This document shows, one piece after another, positions 28,884 to 38,738 of a stretch of 64,000 nucleotides of DNA (position 1 is its first letter; each line of letters begins with the position of its first letter). The notes beneath the pieces were generated by a model, which saw only the letters and a list, made by a program, of their open reading frames with translations, had not been told where the DNA came from and made no database searches. The stretch covers positions 1-64,000 of IMG/VR virus record IMGVR_UViG_3300032138_000006. One strand, 5' to 3'. This DNA comes from a virus (taxonomy: Duplodnaviria > Caudoviricetes). The position numbers were made by a program, and so were the translations under genes.

Positions 28884-31800
28884 ATGAGCGAAGAAACAAA
28901 ACCTTCAAGCGGCACCAAGCAGGTTAACGTTGTTAACGAAGATCGTGCGAAAGTCTACGAACAAGTCCGATCAGCTTGGGGCAGTGCAGGCGAGGGCGTG
29001 GCAAATAACGCCGAAGCCATGCGCGATGATGCCTCTGTAATGCGCCTGAACGAACAATGTTTTCTGATGGAAAATATTACTGCCTTCTCTCAGAAAGCCC
29101 CCCAGTCTTATCAAAATATAACTGTGTACACAGGAAGCCCACAGGAACTGCAAAAAAAATTAAATGCCGTGACCAATATGCGGACTTTCATGGAACTGAC
29201 GCCATATCAGATGGCAGTGCTTGTTCCCGAGGTGGCAATATTTCTTGTAAAGGCAGACGCAGGACATCTGGCGGAGCATGAAAAATCAGGAAATGATGCG
29301 ACGGTAAGGTCAAAAGACGTAAGAAAGGTGGAATTTGCCAACAGATTAAGAGCGGATATTATTGATGAGATAATGACGCCGCAGGGCTATGGTACCGTGA
29401 GAGCAGCTAGGTTGACAGAATTGTTTTATGAAACATCCGGAGACACCAATATCTCTGGTGGTGGGGACACCGGCGCCACGGATACACGAATATGTACAAT
29501 GAAGTTTGCAGCAGAGTCGCTGGCTGCGTTGTCATATCGCCCCGACGTTAACAAGTCAGCATCTTTGTTTGACATGGTAATGTCTCCTACGGCAGACAAA
29601 TCGTATGCAAATGGCTCTCTCAAGGTTTCCAATAAAAACTTTTTTATGGTAAGGGTTGCGTTTGGCTATCGTGTCCCACAAGGCTATCGTGACGTTTTTG
29701 CTGCCGGTCAGCTTGAGGCAATTAGAAAAGCCAAAACATATATGATCATGAACCAATCAAAGGTTCCCAAAATTTCTCTTAAGGAGGATGGTCAGGTCGA
29801 GGTTGAATTAAACTATCTGGCAAGAGTTGAGGTCGACCCCTTTAAGGGAACTGGCTTATTCGACGACAACACCCCTCCCAGAGGCTCGATGAACAACACT
29901 ATAACTGCCACCATGAATGAAAGGAAGGAGAAGGAGGCAGGAAGGGCTGCGCAAGTTCAAAGGCAAATAGATGCCAAAACCGCAAGGAAGCGATATGCCG
30001 CATTGCTTACTGATATTTACAAGAACATGGATGAGAGTGACGTCAGCGATCTGTTTGGAGATGGCGTCCACGACGCGGTTGTGAAGGGATCTCAGGACGG
30101 CGGCGATCCCGAGGCGATTCTTGAGCATGCCAATCACAGTGATATTATTGCATGGGGTGGCGAGGGCGATAGCCAGTTGGAAACCACTGTCGAAGACAAT
30201 ATGGAATATATAGGACCCGACAACCCCAACCCCGAAATGCACCCACAATCAGGGCTTAAGAAGCCGCAATGGTCTGTGAAAGAAGCCATGCAAAAGCTAA
30301 GGGATGCAAAATCACTTGCCGAACAGTTCCAATCCACCACGGCAGAGGTTGCTCAAGGCGTAGCCGGAGACCGAATGGAGAAGTATTCTCGAACCATGAG
30401 GTGGTTATTGGCAAATAATAAAATTTATAGCATGCTTATTCCAAAAGAGGCGCTGGGGATTGAAACCACGCCCGCAAAAGCCTTCTATGATCCGAACTCC
30501 CCCGGTGGCATCAGCACATCCTACAACAAAATCAAGCGTACACGGCTTTCTCACTTAAGTGATGTCATGGCAACCGGCGGCGAAGAGGCACGCGCAAATC
30601 AGATTATTGGTGGCGGTACATCGTTAGATGAGAGGCAGGCGGAAAAGCACCTCCTCAACGCAGGATATTCACATGATGAGATCGACGAGATCCTCGATAC
30701 CAAAGTGCACGCCCACGGGGTAGACCGCATCACCTTCCACCAAGACTTCGTTGAAAAACATAAAAAACTGCACGAGAAGAAGCGAGCCGTCGAGAAGGAG
30801 TATGTTAATAACCAAGAGGGAGCTAACAAGAGAAAAGTCGATGTGGCGAACACCGAAGTGCAAAATACAGGCAGCAGCCATCAACAACAGGTTCAGAGCA
30901 CCCAAGAAACAATCGCAAAGAACACGGCGGCAAAGGCTAACGTATCATCTGAAGATGTCGAAAAGATAAAAAGCGACTTGGCAACCTCCATTAACGGCAC
31001 AGGTGCCTCGACCGGGTTTGTTGAAATGGACGACGCCCAGAAGAATGTTAAAATACATTATACATATTTTGGCAACTTGATCGAAGCCGTGGTCCATCGC
31101 TTGGGTACCAGAATGGACGGATCCATATCTAATCCCAAGTTGCTTTTAGGCGTACTTGATTATAGAGATCCGGACAACCTAAACGTTGTTAAAAGCGTGC
31201 CTTTGACCGATATCCCGATTTCAATTAGCATGTATCGTTGGTGGCTTATGAAGTTCATGGTGGATCCGATGATTGACTATTCTACCATCGATCAGTTTAT
31301 CGACAGCATAGTTAAAGATCTCTTATACCAGATCATGGGCGGCGACGCAAATGGGTGCTTTACTGGCACTGGGGTTGTTAGCGCGACAGGACAACAGGGC
31401 GTGATGACCCGCGGGATTGAGGCACTTGGCGCACAAGGCGGCATCAATCGGCTCGCAAAATTTGATGGCGGTCGTTTTGGCACTGAATCGCTTAATGAAA
31501 TTGTGCCACCCGATCCGGATTATTCATTCGACGCAGAAAAAAAGACTTACCATTATATTGTAATGAGTGCTTTGTTTTTTACGGAAGATAATATAAAGGT
31601 TGGAAATGTTAGAGCGAGAACTCCCGAGACCGACGAGGCACAGGGAAAATATTGGGTTTCGGTGCGTTCTGACAAGGGTCCGGTGCACTCCGTATCATTT
31701 GAGGAAATGGACACAAAAGACGATGACGTCGCCCGCGCCGCAAACGATGAAGTCGCTGCTCGCTATGGAATCGGAGGAGGCTTATTTACTCTATATAAAG

Positions 31801-32192
31801 TCAATGTTAAGATGATGGGCAATGGTCTTTTTAAACTTGGTTCAGACTTTTTCTTGAACACTGGCACGATTGGAGATCTCCCTTCCGAAGAACTTGCGGA
31901 AGCACTGGGGTTTGGTGGAGACTATCAGGTTAACAAAATTACGGGAACTATCAACGAGGCTGGCTGGGTGACAGAAATACAGGGATATCCGAAAGCCAGA
32001 ACAAAGGAACAAACAAGGCGCTTTGAGGCTTTCATTAAGAAACAAACGGCAGAGCAGGGCTTGTGGAGCAAGGACGTGAGGGGCTTGGATGAAATGGATC
32101 CCTCCGAGATCACGACCCCGGACAACCCAAATCTTACTCGACCAAACCATAGGTTCGGGAGAGGCGTAAAGAAGAGCACCCGCTATTTCTAG
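28884..32192 (+). CDS. Large baseplate hub-like protein
   Basis: C-terminal V.MMGN..F..G..F.L...G.YQV.KI...I....W.T pattern resembles gp27/gpD-type hubs; follows the LysM gene. Confidence 0.5.
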   Translation: MSEETKPSSGTKQVNVVNEDRAKVYEQVRSAWGSAGEGVANNAEAMRDDASVMRLNEQCFLMENITAFSQKAPQSYQNITVYTGSPQELQKKLNAVTNMRTFMELTPYQMAVLVPEVAIFLVKADAGHLAEHEKSGNDATVRSKDVRKVEFANRLRADIIDEIMTPQGYGTVRAARLTELFYETSGDTNISGGGDTGATDTRICTMKFAAESLAALSYRPDVNKSASLFDMVMSPTADKSYANGSLKVSNKNFFMVRVAFGYRVPQGYRDVFAAGQLEAIRKAKTYMIMNQSKVPKISLKEDGQVEVELNYLARVEVDPFKGTGLFDDNTPPRGSMNNTITATMNERKEKEAGRAAQVQRQIDAKTARKRYAALLTDIYKNMDESDVSDLFGDGVHDAVVKGSQDGGDPEAILEHANHSDIIAWGGEGDSQLETTVEDNMEYIGPDNPNPEMHPQSGLKKPQWSVKEAMQKLRDAKSLAEQFQSTTAEVAQGVAGDRMEKYSRTMRWLLANNKIYSMLIPKEALGIETTPAKAFYDPNSPGGISTSYNKIKRTRLSHLSDVMATGGEEARANQIIGGGTSLDERQAEKHLLNAGYSHDEIDEILDTKVHAHGVDRITFHQDFVEKHKKLHEKKRAVEKEYVNNQEGANKRKVDVANTEVQNTGSSHQQQVQSTQETIAKNTAAKANVSSEDVEKIKSDLATSINGTGASTGFVEMDDAQKNVKIHYTYFGNLIEAVVHRLGTRMDGSISNPKLLLGVLDYRDPDNLNVVKSVPLTDIPISISMYRWWLMKFMVDPMIDYSTIDQFIDSIVKDLLYQIMGGDANGCFTGTGVVSATGQQGVMTRGIEALGAQGGINRLAKFDGGRFGTESLNEIVPPDPDYSFDAEKKTYHYIVMSALFFTEDNIKVGNVRARTPETDEAQGKYWVSVRSDKGPVHSVSFEEMDTKDDDVARAANDEVAARYGIGGGLFTLYKVNVKMMGNGLFKLGSDFFLNTGTIGDLPSEELAEALGFGGDYQVNKITGTINEAGWVTEIQGYPKARTKEQTRRFEAFIKKQTAEQGLWSKDVRGLDEMDPSEITTPDNPNLTRPNHRFGRGVKKSTRYF

Positions 32193-32205
32193 ATAAGGAG
32201 GATCT

Positions 32206-33462
32206 ATGGCTTTTGAACACTTAACATATTTTGCTTTGGCTTCTAACGGCATGGATGCTCGCATGGCGTTTGAATACCGTCGTTTCTGGAAGGAGCACAT
32301 GAAGGAAGACAACGCACCACTCAACCAGACTGCTGATTTGTGGTACGACAAGAACCTTCATGGAAAATTGAACCACGATGGGGACATTGTTCACCTTTCT
32401 GAGACAAATCTGAAAACTTATAAGTCCATTTCTGGGGACTTGGTAGAGGGCGTTGATTTTGTTGTCGACGCTTTCACCGACCTGCAAAAACATTTTTTAT
32501 CTGCACGCGCCACGAGCATGTTGAATACAAATTCGGGCAAAGAAGATATTGTTAATATGCAGGCTCATTTTGGTTGGACCAGTGTGCACACAGCCTACAA
32601 CTCATATTTAAAAGACATGTATAATGTGCTGGTTTCTGACTGGTTTTCGAAAAACATTACTGGGCGCTGCTTGCAGACGAGATCTCATACGATAAGGGAT
32701 TTGCCGTCATACACAAAGGCTGTTTTGGAGTTGCTGATTGAGAATAATGGGAGAGCGTTCTTAAGCAAGAGTGCTTTCATTTGTTCTAATTTTCTTTCCC
32801 CCATGGCTAGCGGTCTTTGCATTGAGATAACAAAGCGCGGACAGCATCACAGCGATCCGGATAAGAGTACATGGATTAACGATCCAAACTTTCAATTTTA
32901 TAAAAGTTCCGCACAGAATCATGGCTTCATGCTTGACGGCAATGCCCCATGGAGATTAATAGCAGATATCAACCATCCCGTCATGCAGACCTATATGGAG
33001 ACCTATGGCGTCACCGCAGAGAACCTTTTTCAAAAGTATTATTATCAAACCTTTAGGTATGATATCGATGAACTCAAGGATTGGTTTGCAGGGTCTTATC
33101 ACGCATATGCTCAGGCATACCCCGTGTTTGCTTTGCCTCAAACCACAACTGTGGCAGGGCTCCCGGTGACCAGACCCAGACTCGTTTCCCGATGGAAAGC
33201 GCACGAGCCCTCCGACAAAAGCATTACTTCAAAAGAGATCTCTGACTTTTACGTGGCGCCACAGGGAGATGAATATTGGCTGGAGCTTTATTACTTTATT
33301 CGTCTCAGAGAGCTTGGCGTTCCGCTAGAACCAACAAAGTTTAATCGCACGGTTAAAAAAATAATTCAAGTTTATAAGCATTTTGGACTTGACAAAGCTC
33401 AGGAATATGTTAGTATGTTAATTAAGAATACTAGAACAGAATTTTTGAGCAAACGTCGTTGA
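32206..33462 (+). CDS. Hypothetical protein
   Basis: 418-aa ORF with AGGAGG SD. Confidence 0.75.
   Translation: MAFEHLTYFALASNGMDARMAFEYRRFWKEHMKEDNAPLNQTADLWYDKNLHGKLNHDGDIVHLSETNLKTYKSISGDLVEGVDFVVDAFTDLQKHFLSARATSMLNTNSGKEDIVNMQAHFGWTSVHTAYNSYLKDMYNVLVSDWFSKNITGRCLQTRSHTIRDLPSYTKAVLELLIENNGRAFLSKSAFICSNFLSPMASGLCIEITKRGQHHSDPDKSTWINDPNFQFYKSSAQNHGFMLDGNAPWRLIADINHPVMQTYMETYGVTAENLFQKYYYQTFRYDIDELKDWFAGSYHAYAQAYPVFALPQTTTVAGLPVTRPRLVSRWKAHEPSDKSITSKEISDFYVAPQGDEYWLELYYFIRLRELGVPLEPTKFNRTVKKIIQVYKHFGLDKAQEYVSMLIKNTRTEFLSKRR
33389..33416 (+). promoter_or_regulatory. Putative intragenic sigma70 promoter for the PolA-like gene
   Basis: TTGACA-16 nt-TAGTAT. Confidence 0.45.
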
Positions 33463-34646
33463 TTTTTCAAATATTAGATACAAAAAAAGAATGTGCTGGA
33501 ATATACGCTTCGGGTGAGATTATCCGAGATTGCACGCCAGACGGCTTAACTGCAACTTGGAAGTACACAACACACTTTGATTTGCCTGTCAAGTATGCCA
33601 GCTTATATTGTGCTGGTAAGTCTATCGGTGAGGCATGCCCTCCTGAAAAAATGGAGAGTTGGCAGGCATTGAATGGAAAGCTTCAAAATTGTCTTAATGC
33701 CTGCAACGTCGCCAAGGTAGATCTAGAACAAAATTGTTTTTACGATCTGGTACCGCAGAAATTCTTGCTGGAATACTGCGAGCTTCGGAATCAAATTACC
33801 GAACATGTTATCAACAACTATGAAAAGCCACAAAATTATGATTTTTTGCTTGACTTGGTGCGGATGTTGGCACACATTAAAGAACAGCCTTTAAACATTG
33901 ATCCGTCTTTTCTTAGCGAATACATGGCGCTCCCTCGCGCTCGCATGCTTTATAAAAAACTCATCAAGAAAGACACACATCGTGTTGACTATCTCCCATT
34001 CAAATCAAAGACCGGGCGACTTACAACGAGCAAGAGTAGCTTCCCCATATTAACCTTGGATAAAGTTTTTCGCCCTGTAATAAAGCCCACCAACGATTAT
34101 TTTGTGGAACTTGATTTTAATGCCGCAGAGCTTCGCACCCTTCTTGCTCTTTCTGGAAAGGAGCAGCCGAGCATCGATATTCACGATTGGAATGTTGAGA
34201 ATGTTTATCGGGGTCTGCTAACAAGGGACGAAGCTAAAAAAAGAATATTTGCTTGGTTGTATAATCCGGCTTCAAAAGACTATCTTTCTGGGAGAGCTTA
34301 TGACCGCGACGAAATTTTAAAGAAACATTTTGATGGCAACAGAGTAACAACTGTTTTTGGCAGGAATATTCCCGCCGATAACCATCACGCATTAAATTAT
34401 ATTATTCAAAGCACAACAAGCGATTTGCTCTTAAAAAGGGCAATCGAAACTGGTAAAATACTACATAACCGTAAATCCACTGTGGCTTTTTTGCTGCATG
34501 ATTCGCTGGTTATTGACTTTGCCAAGAGTGACACCAGCTTGCTGGACGAGATTGTGGAAACATTTGGCAATACGGATCTTGGGCGGTATGTCACGAACAT
34601 TTCAGTTGGCAAAAACTTTGGGGCGATGAAGAGGTATAATAAATGA
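33459..34646 (+). CDS. Minimal family A DNA polymerase domain
   Basis: TGRLTT; motif A ELDFNAAELR; DIH; motif B RDEAKKRIFAWLY; ALNYIIQST; motif C LLHDS. Confidence 0.8.
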   Translation: MIFQILDTKKECAGIYASGEIIRDCTPDGLTATWKYTTHFDLPVKYASLYCAGKSIGEACPPEKMESWQALNGKLQNCLNACNVAKVDLEQNCFYDLVPQKFLLEYCELRNQITEHVINNYEKPQNYDFLLDLVRMLAHIKEQPLNIDPSFLSEYMALPRARMLYKKLIKKDTHRVDYLPFKSKTGRLTTSKSSFPILTLDKVFRPVIKPTNDYFVELDFNAAELRTLLALSGKEQPSIDIHDWNVENVYRGLLTRDEAKKRIFAWLYNPASKDYLSGRAYDRDEILKKHFDGNRVTTVFGRNIPADNHHALNYIIQSTTSDLLLKRAIETGKILHNRKSTVAFLLHDSLVIDFAKSDTSLLDEIVETFGNTDLGRYVTNISVGKNFGAMKRYNK

Positions 34647-35476
34647 GCAGTGTTATTGGATTGGGAGAGGTTGGGTCCGCTGTTGCCAATGAATTTAAAA
34701 AATATCCTCCGTATACTGTTTATACCATCACAGTGGGGGACAAGAGGACTTATGGCAAAAAAACGTATATTAAGAAGCAGAAGACTGCGGAAAAATATGA
34801 AGAGAAGTGTCCTTCGCTTAAAAACTTTTTAAAAAATGTGAAGGGAGACGTTTTATTTATTGTCGACGGAGCAGAACTTGCCTCGGCAGCATCTTTAAGG
34901 ATTTTATCACACATAAAACAGTGTAACATTACTATTCTCTATGTCAAGTCTGAAACAAAATTTCTTTCAGCAGAAGAAAAAATGAATGAAGCAACTGTTC
35001 GAGGCGTCTTACAAGAGTATGCGAGATCCGCTGTGTTTGAAAAAATAATATTAGTCGATGTTCCCATCATTGCAAATACGCTTTCTGGTTTAACTGTAAA
35101 AAATTATCATTCTAAAATTAGAGAATCGCTGGCTTCAACTCTTCACATGGTGGAGGTGTTTTCTCGCTCGAAGCCTGCCTTGGGTAGCGAAAAGGCACCA
35201 CACCCAGCCGCTCGATTGGTGACTGTTGGGCATATGGACATGAAAACGGGAAAAGAAAATTTGTTTTTTCCGCTTGACTATCCGCGAGAAAGGTGTTATT
35301 ATTATGCTATTAACGAAGACAAACTGGAGAATGATTCTAGTTTACTGGACAAAATTAATGAGCAGGTCTCAGCGGCAGCACATGACAACATGGATGTATC
35401 TTATGGGATATACTCAACTCAATATGAGAAAGACTATGTGTATGTTGTGTCTCGCAGTTCGGCAATACAAAATTAA
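34643..35476 (+). CDS. Degenerate tubulin/FtsZ-like protein
   Basis: N-terminal VIGLGEVGSAVA and FtsZ-like strand-helix spacing, but no GGGTGSG signature. Confidence 0.45.
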   Translation: MSSVIGLGEVGSAVANEFKKYPPYTVYTITVGDKRTYGKKTYIKKQKTAEKYEEKCPSLKNFLKNVKGDVLFIVDGAELASAASLRILSHIKQCNITILYVKSETKFLSAEEKMNEATVRGVLQEYARSAVFEKIILVDVPIIANTLSGLTVKNYHSKIRESLASTLHMVEVFSRSKPALGSEKAPHPAARLVTVGHMDMKTGKENLFFPLDYPRERCYYYAINEDKLENDSSLLDKINEQVSAAAHDNMDVSYGIYSTQYEKDYVYVVSRSSAIQN

Positions 35477-35484
35477 AAAAGTGC

Positions 35485-35513
35485 TTGACAAAAGAAATAT
35501 ACTGTGCTACAGT
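35485..35513 (+). promoter_or_regulatory. sigma70 promoter
   Basis: TTGACA-17 nt-TACAGT with extended TG. Confidence 0.75.
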
Positions 35514-35571
35514 GTAAACTAGAAACTTGGAAGATTAGCTGAGTTTACTTTAACAACTAGGAGAAAAGCCA

Positions 35572-36345
35572 ATGGCTATTGATTTGAAGAAAATGCAGGA
35601 GAGAAAGTTCGCCCTCGATAATCGAGGTGGTTCAAGATCTCAAAAGAACGGGTTTTGGAAGCCACAGGATGGCGAGCAGACCATCCGAATTATTCCGACT
35701 GCGGATGGAGATCCGTTCAAGGATTATTGGTTCCACTATAATGTGGGCAAGAACTCTGGGTTTATGTGTCCGAAGAAGAACTACGGGGAGGACTGTCCTG
35801 TCTGCGATTTCGCAAGCCAGCTTTGGCGAGAGGACAACGAAGGAAGCAAGAAGATGGCAAAGTCCCTTTTTGCACGCCAGCGTTTCTTCTCTCCTGTAAT
35901 GGTTCGTGGGGAAGAGGCGCAAGGAGTGCGTGTCTGGGGCTACGGCAAGATGGCGTACGAAACGCTTCTTAATTTGGTACTCAATCCAGAGTATGGAGAT
36001 ATTACCGACACTGAGGCTGGTACAGACTTGGTTATGGTATACGGTAAGCCTCCGGGCGGTCAGTTCCCGCTGACAAAGCTCACCCCTAAGCGCTCAACTT
36101 CACAGTTCTGTGAGGATGTTACGCCGGAGCGATGCAAAGAGCTTCTGGATGGTATTCCAAACTTCGAAGACCTGTTTGATCGCAAGACTTCAGCAGAGGT
36201 GAAAGCCCTTTTGGATGAGTTCTTGCTTTCTGACGAGGATGCCGAATCAGCCTCAACAGAGACTGTTAAGTATGCCTCGTCAAACAAGACAACTTCAGAG
36301 GCAAATTCTGTTTCTGATGCGTTTGATGAATTGTTGGGCAGTTAG
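35572..36345 (+). CDS. Single-stranded DNA-binding protein (gp32-like)
   Basis: FWKP..G...IRIIP, HY, CP......CPVC zinc site, VWGYGK, DITD...G.D, acidic tail ending FDELL. Confidence 0.8.
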   Translation: MAIDLKKMQERKFALDNRGGSRSQKNGFWKPQDGEQTIRIIPTADGDPFKDYWFHYNVGKNSGFMCPKKNYGEDCPVCDFASQLWREDNEGSKKMAKSLFARQRFFSPVMVRGEEAQGVRVWGYGKMAYETLLNLVLNPEYGDITDTEAGTDLVMVYGKPPGGQFPLTKLTPKRSTSQFCEDVTPERCKELLDGIPNFEDLFDRKTSAEVKALLDEFLLSDEDAESASTETVKYASSNKTTSEANSVSDAFDELLGS

Positions 36346-36351
36346 TCCATT

Positions 36352-36384
36352 CCCACAGGGAGGCACAGGGTTATCAGGTGTCTT
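36352..36384 (+). repeat. 33-nt structured element, copy 1
   Basis: CCCACAGGGAGGCACAGGGTTATCAGGTGTCTT; 30/33 identical to 36857-36889. Confidence 0.85.
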
Positions 36385-36413
36385 GTTATTTTACTATAAA
36401 AAGGATTTAAACC

Positions 36414-36839
36414 ATGAGTAAAGCAGAAAACGGACAGAGCGTTAAGGTGCATTACAAGGGTACTCTGAGCGATGGCACGATATTTGACAGTTCGCGTGAT
36501 CGAGGAGAAACCTTGGATTTTGAGTTAGGGGGAGGCGATCTTCTTCCTGATTTTGAGGGTGCTGTTATCGGAATGGAGGTAGGCGAGGTGAAGTCGTTTA
36601 CTATTGCGGAGGGTTATGGCGCTCATCAACAAGATGCAGTGGTGCCAGTGCCAAGAGCAGCCTTTCCGGAAGATTTTGAGTTTACCATCGGGCAGACTGT
36701 TGGGGGTACTAGTGCCTCTGGTCAGCCCATCCGGGCAGTTGTTACAGAGGTTGGCGACGAACAAGTCACCTTGGACCACAACCACCCCTTGGCGGGTAAA
36801 GACCTCAATTTTGAAGTCGAGCTTGTAGAAGTTTCTTAA
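36414..36839 (+). CDS. FKBP-type peptidyl-prolyl isomerase (SlyD/FkpB-like)
   Basis: VKVHYKGTL.DG..FDSS, FE.AV.GM, YG, V.LD.NHPLAGKDL.FEVELV. Confidence 0.92.
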   Translation: MSKAENGQSVKVHYKGTLSDGTIFDSSRDRGETLDFELGGGDLLPDFEGAVIGMEVGEVKSFTIAEGYGAHQQDAVVPVPRAAFPEDFEFTIGQTVGGTSASGQPIRAVVTEVGDEQVTLDHNHPLAGKDLNFEVELVEVS

Positions 36840-36856
36840 GAACAACTCCTTCGATC

Positions 36857-36889
36857 CCCACAGGAAGGCACAGGGCTATCAGGTGCCTT
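36857..36889 (+). repeat. 33-nt structured element, copy 2
   Basis: CCCACAGGAAGGCACAGGGCTATCAGGTGCCTT. Confidence 0.85.
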
Positions 36890-36915
36890 AATTTATATTA
36901 ATGGGAGACAGAGAC

Positions 36916-38049
36916 ATGGCAAGACCAAAATCAGGAAAAACAAAAGTCGGCAAGTTGAGCATTGCCGATATGCGAGCGTTAATTAATAAGAAGGCTGGTA
37001 TCAATGTGGCTCACAATCTCGCAGAGGATAACCCGACAGAGGTCAATGATTGGATCCCAACCGGCTCTCGCTGGCTAGATAGTATTATTTGTCGTGGGCA
37101 GTTGGCGGGGATCCCGGTTGGAAAAATCTCTGAGATCGCTGGATTGGAATCCACGGGTAAGTCTTTTTTGGCAGCACAGGTCGCAGCCAACGCTCAGAAG
37201 AAGGGCATCGATGTAATTTATTTTGATTCCGAATCAGCCATCGATCCAGAGTTTCTGGCACGCGGAGGTTGTGATGTTGATCGCGTACTATATGTACAGG
37301 CTCAATCAGTAGAGTTTGTTTTGGAGACCATTGAAGATCTCTTGGAGACAAATGAAAACCGAATGCTTTTTATTTGGGATTCATTGGCACTCACTCCATC
37401 TACAACAGATGTTGAGGGGGACTTCAACCCCTTGTCTTCCATGGCAGTAAAGCCGAGGATTTTATCAAAGGGGATGTCAAAGCTCACTGTGCCGATTGCG
37501 AACAGCCAATCAACATTTCTGGTTCTTAATCAGCTTAAGACTAATATCACTAGCAATATTGCAGAAGCTATGACGACGCCATACTTCACCCCCGGTGGAA
37601 AGGCGATGCACTATGCGTATTCGCTCCGCATCTGGCTTACAGGGCGCAAGGCTAAGAATGCATTTGTTATGGATGATCGTGGTTTCCGCATTGGTTCAGA
37701 GGTCAAAGCTAAGATTCAGAAATCTCGCTTTGGAACACAAGGTCGCCAGAGTGCATTTAAAATTCTTTGGGGTGAAGAGGTTGGAGTTCAAGACGAGGAA
37801 AGTTGGCTGGACGCAATCAAGGGCTCTGATAATTTAAAGAATGCCGGTGCTTGGTTCCAGTTGGTATATGAAGATGGCTCGGTTGATAAATTTCAAACGG
37901 CTCATTGGATGGACAAGCTACAAGATGAGAAATTTAAAAGCCGAGTGTTACAAATTATGGATGAAGAGGTTATCCTAAAGTTTGATAAGCGACTGGGCGA
38001 AGCGTCAGATTTTTATGGCGACGATGAGGAGACGGAAGATGAAAAATAA
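36916..38049 (+). CDS. recA: RecA/UvsX recombinase
   Basis: IPTGS..LD, GIPVGKISEIAGLESTGKS, YFDSE.AID, IWDSL, LNQL, TPGGKA; GGAG SD before ATG 36916. Confidence 0.9.
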   Translation: MARPKSGKTKVGKLSIADMRALINKKAGINVAHNLAEDNPTEVNDWIPTGSRWLDSIICRGQLAGIPVGKISEIAGLESTGKSFLAAQVAANAQKKGIDVIYFDSESAIDPEFLARGGCDVDRVLYVQAQSVEFVLETIEDLLETNENRMLFIWDSLALTPSTTDVEGDFNPLSSMAVKPRILSKGMSKLTVPIANSQSTFLVLNQLKTNITSNIAEAMTTPYFTPGGKAMHYAYSLRIWLTGRKAKNAFVMDDRGFRIGSEVKAKIQKSRFGTQGRQSAFKILWGEEVGVQDEESWLDAIKGSDNLKNAGAWFQLVYEDGSVDKFQTAHWMDKLQDEKFKSRVLQIMDEEVILKFDKRLGEASDFYGDDEETEDEK

Positions 38050-38695
38050 ATTAATTTTTGGTGGAACAACATTGGCTTTTTTGCTTTTGATGGCAATTAC
38101 CAATAAGACAGCACACGCTAGCTCTTGTGAATCCCGCCCCGAGCCTCTTCGATGGAACGTCGGCTCAGCCGAATATATTGCTTCATGGCATGTTGGTGAG
38201 GCTCCAAGAATATATTTTAATGTAGGACCGTTTGATCACAGAAGGTCGATTATTGTTGCAGAGTTTGACGTGCGCTTTAATGTGTGGTTGTTTCATAGCT
38301 ACGTCGACGACGGCTTCATCAAGGATGTGCATCGTCACTGGCGCCGTCACCGCCGGCACTACCGACGGTGTATGGGATATTCCGCAGAATACTATTATAA
38401 GCCATATTATCCTCATTATAATTATAGATGGTTTAAGCGCCAGCATCGGTATAGAAAATACGCACGCCCACATGCCCACGGAAACCTTTATCACCCCCAT
38501 GTCTCACCGCCCTACAGCTACGGGCACCACCACAATGTAATGCCGCAGCAGAATCAGAAGCCTAGACGAAAGCTGTCCCCTCACCGCCGGCATCAAAATA
38601 ATAGCTCGGCGAATGCACAGCCAAATCATCAAAAGCCGAAGCGGCATCATCAAAAGCGAAAGAAGCGGCGCAACAAAAGACAGCACCGCCGCTAA
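38039..38695 (+). CDS. Signal-peptide protein with His/Arg/Tyr-rich basic tail
   Basis: MKNKLIFGGTTLAFLLLMAITNKTAHA (basic-hydrophobic-AxA); GAGGAG SD. Confidence 0.6.
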   Translation: MKNKLIFGGTTLAFLLLMAITNKTAHASSCESRPEPLRWNVGSAEYIASWHVGEAPRIYFNVGPFDHRRSIIVAEFDVRFNVWLFHSYVDDGFIKDVHRHWRRHRRHYRRCMGYSAEYYYKPYYPHYNYRWFKRQHRYRKYARPHAHGNLYHPHVSPPYSYGHHHNVMPQQNQKPRRKLSPHRRHQNNSSANAQPNHQKPKRHHQKRKKRRNKRQHRR

Positions 38696-38702
38696 AAAGT
38701 GC

Positions 38703-38731
38703 TTGACTTTTCCTGTTGCCTACTGTATAGT
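38703..38731 (+). promoter_or_regulatory. sigma70 promoter (leaderless transcript likely)
   Basis: TTGACT-17 nt-TATAGT; ATG 7 nt downstream. Confidence 0.75.
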
Positions 38732-38738
38732 GTTAAAC

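Noticed and set aside
35514-35571. T4 gene 32-style autoregulatory pseudoknot in the SSB leader
   Set aside because: A hairpin (AAACTTGG/CTGAGTTT) is possible, but I could not find a convincing second stem.
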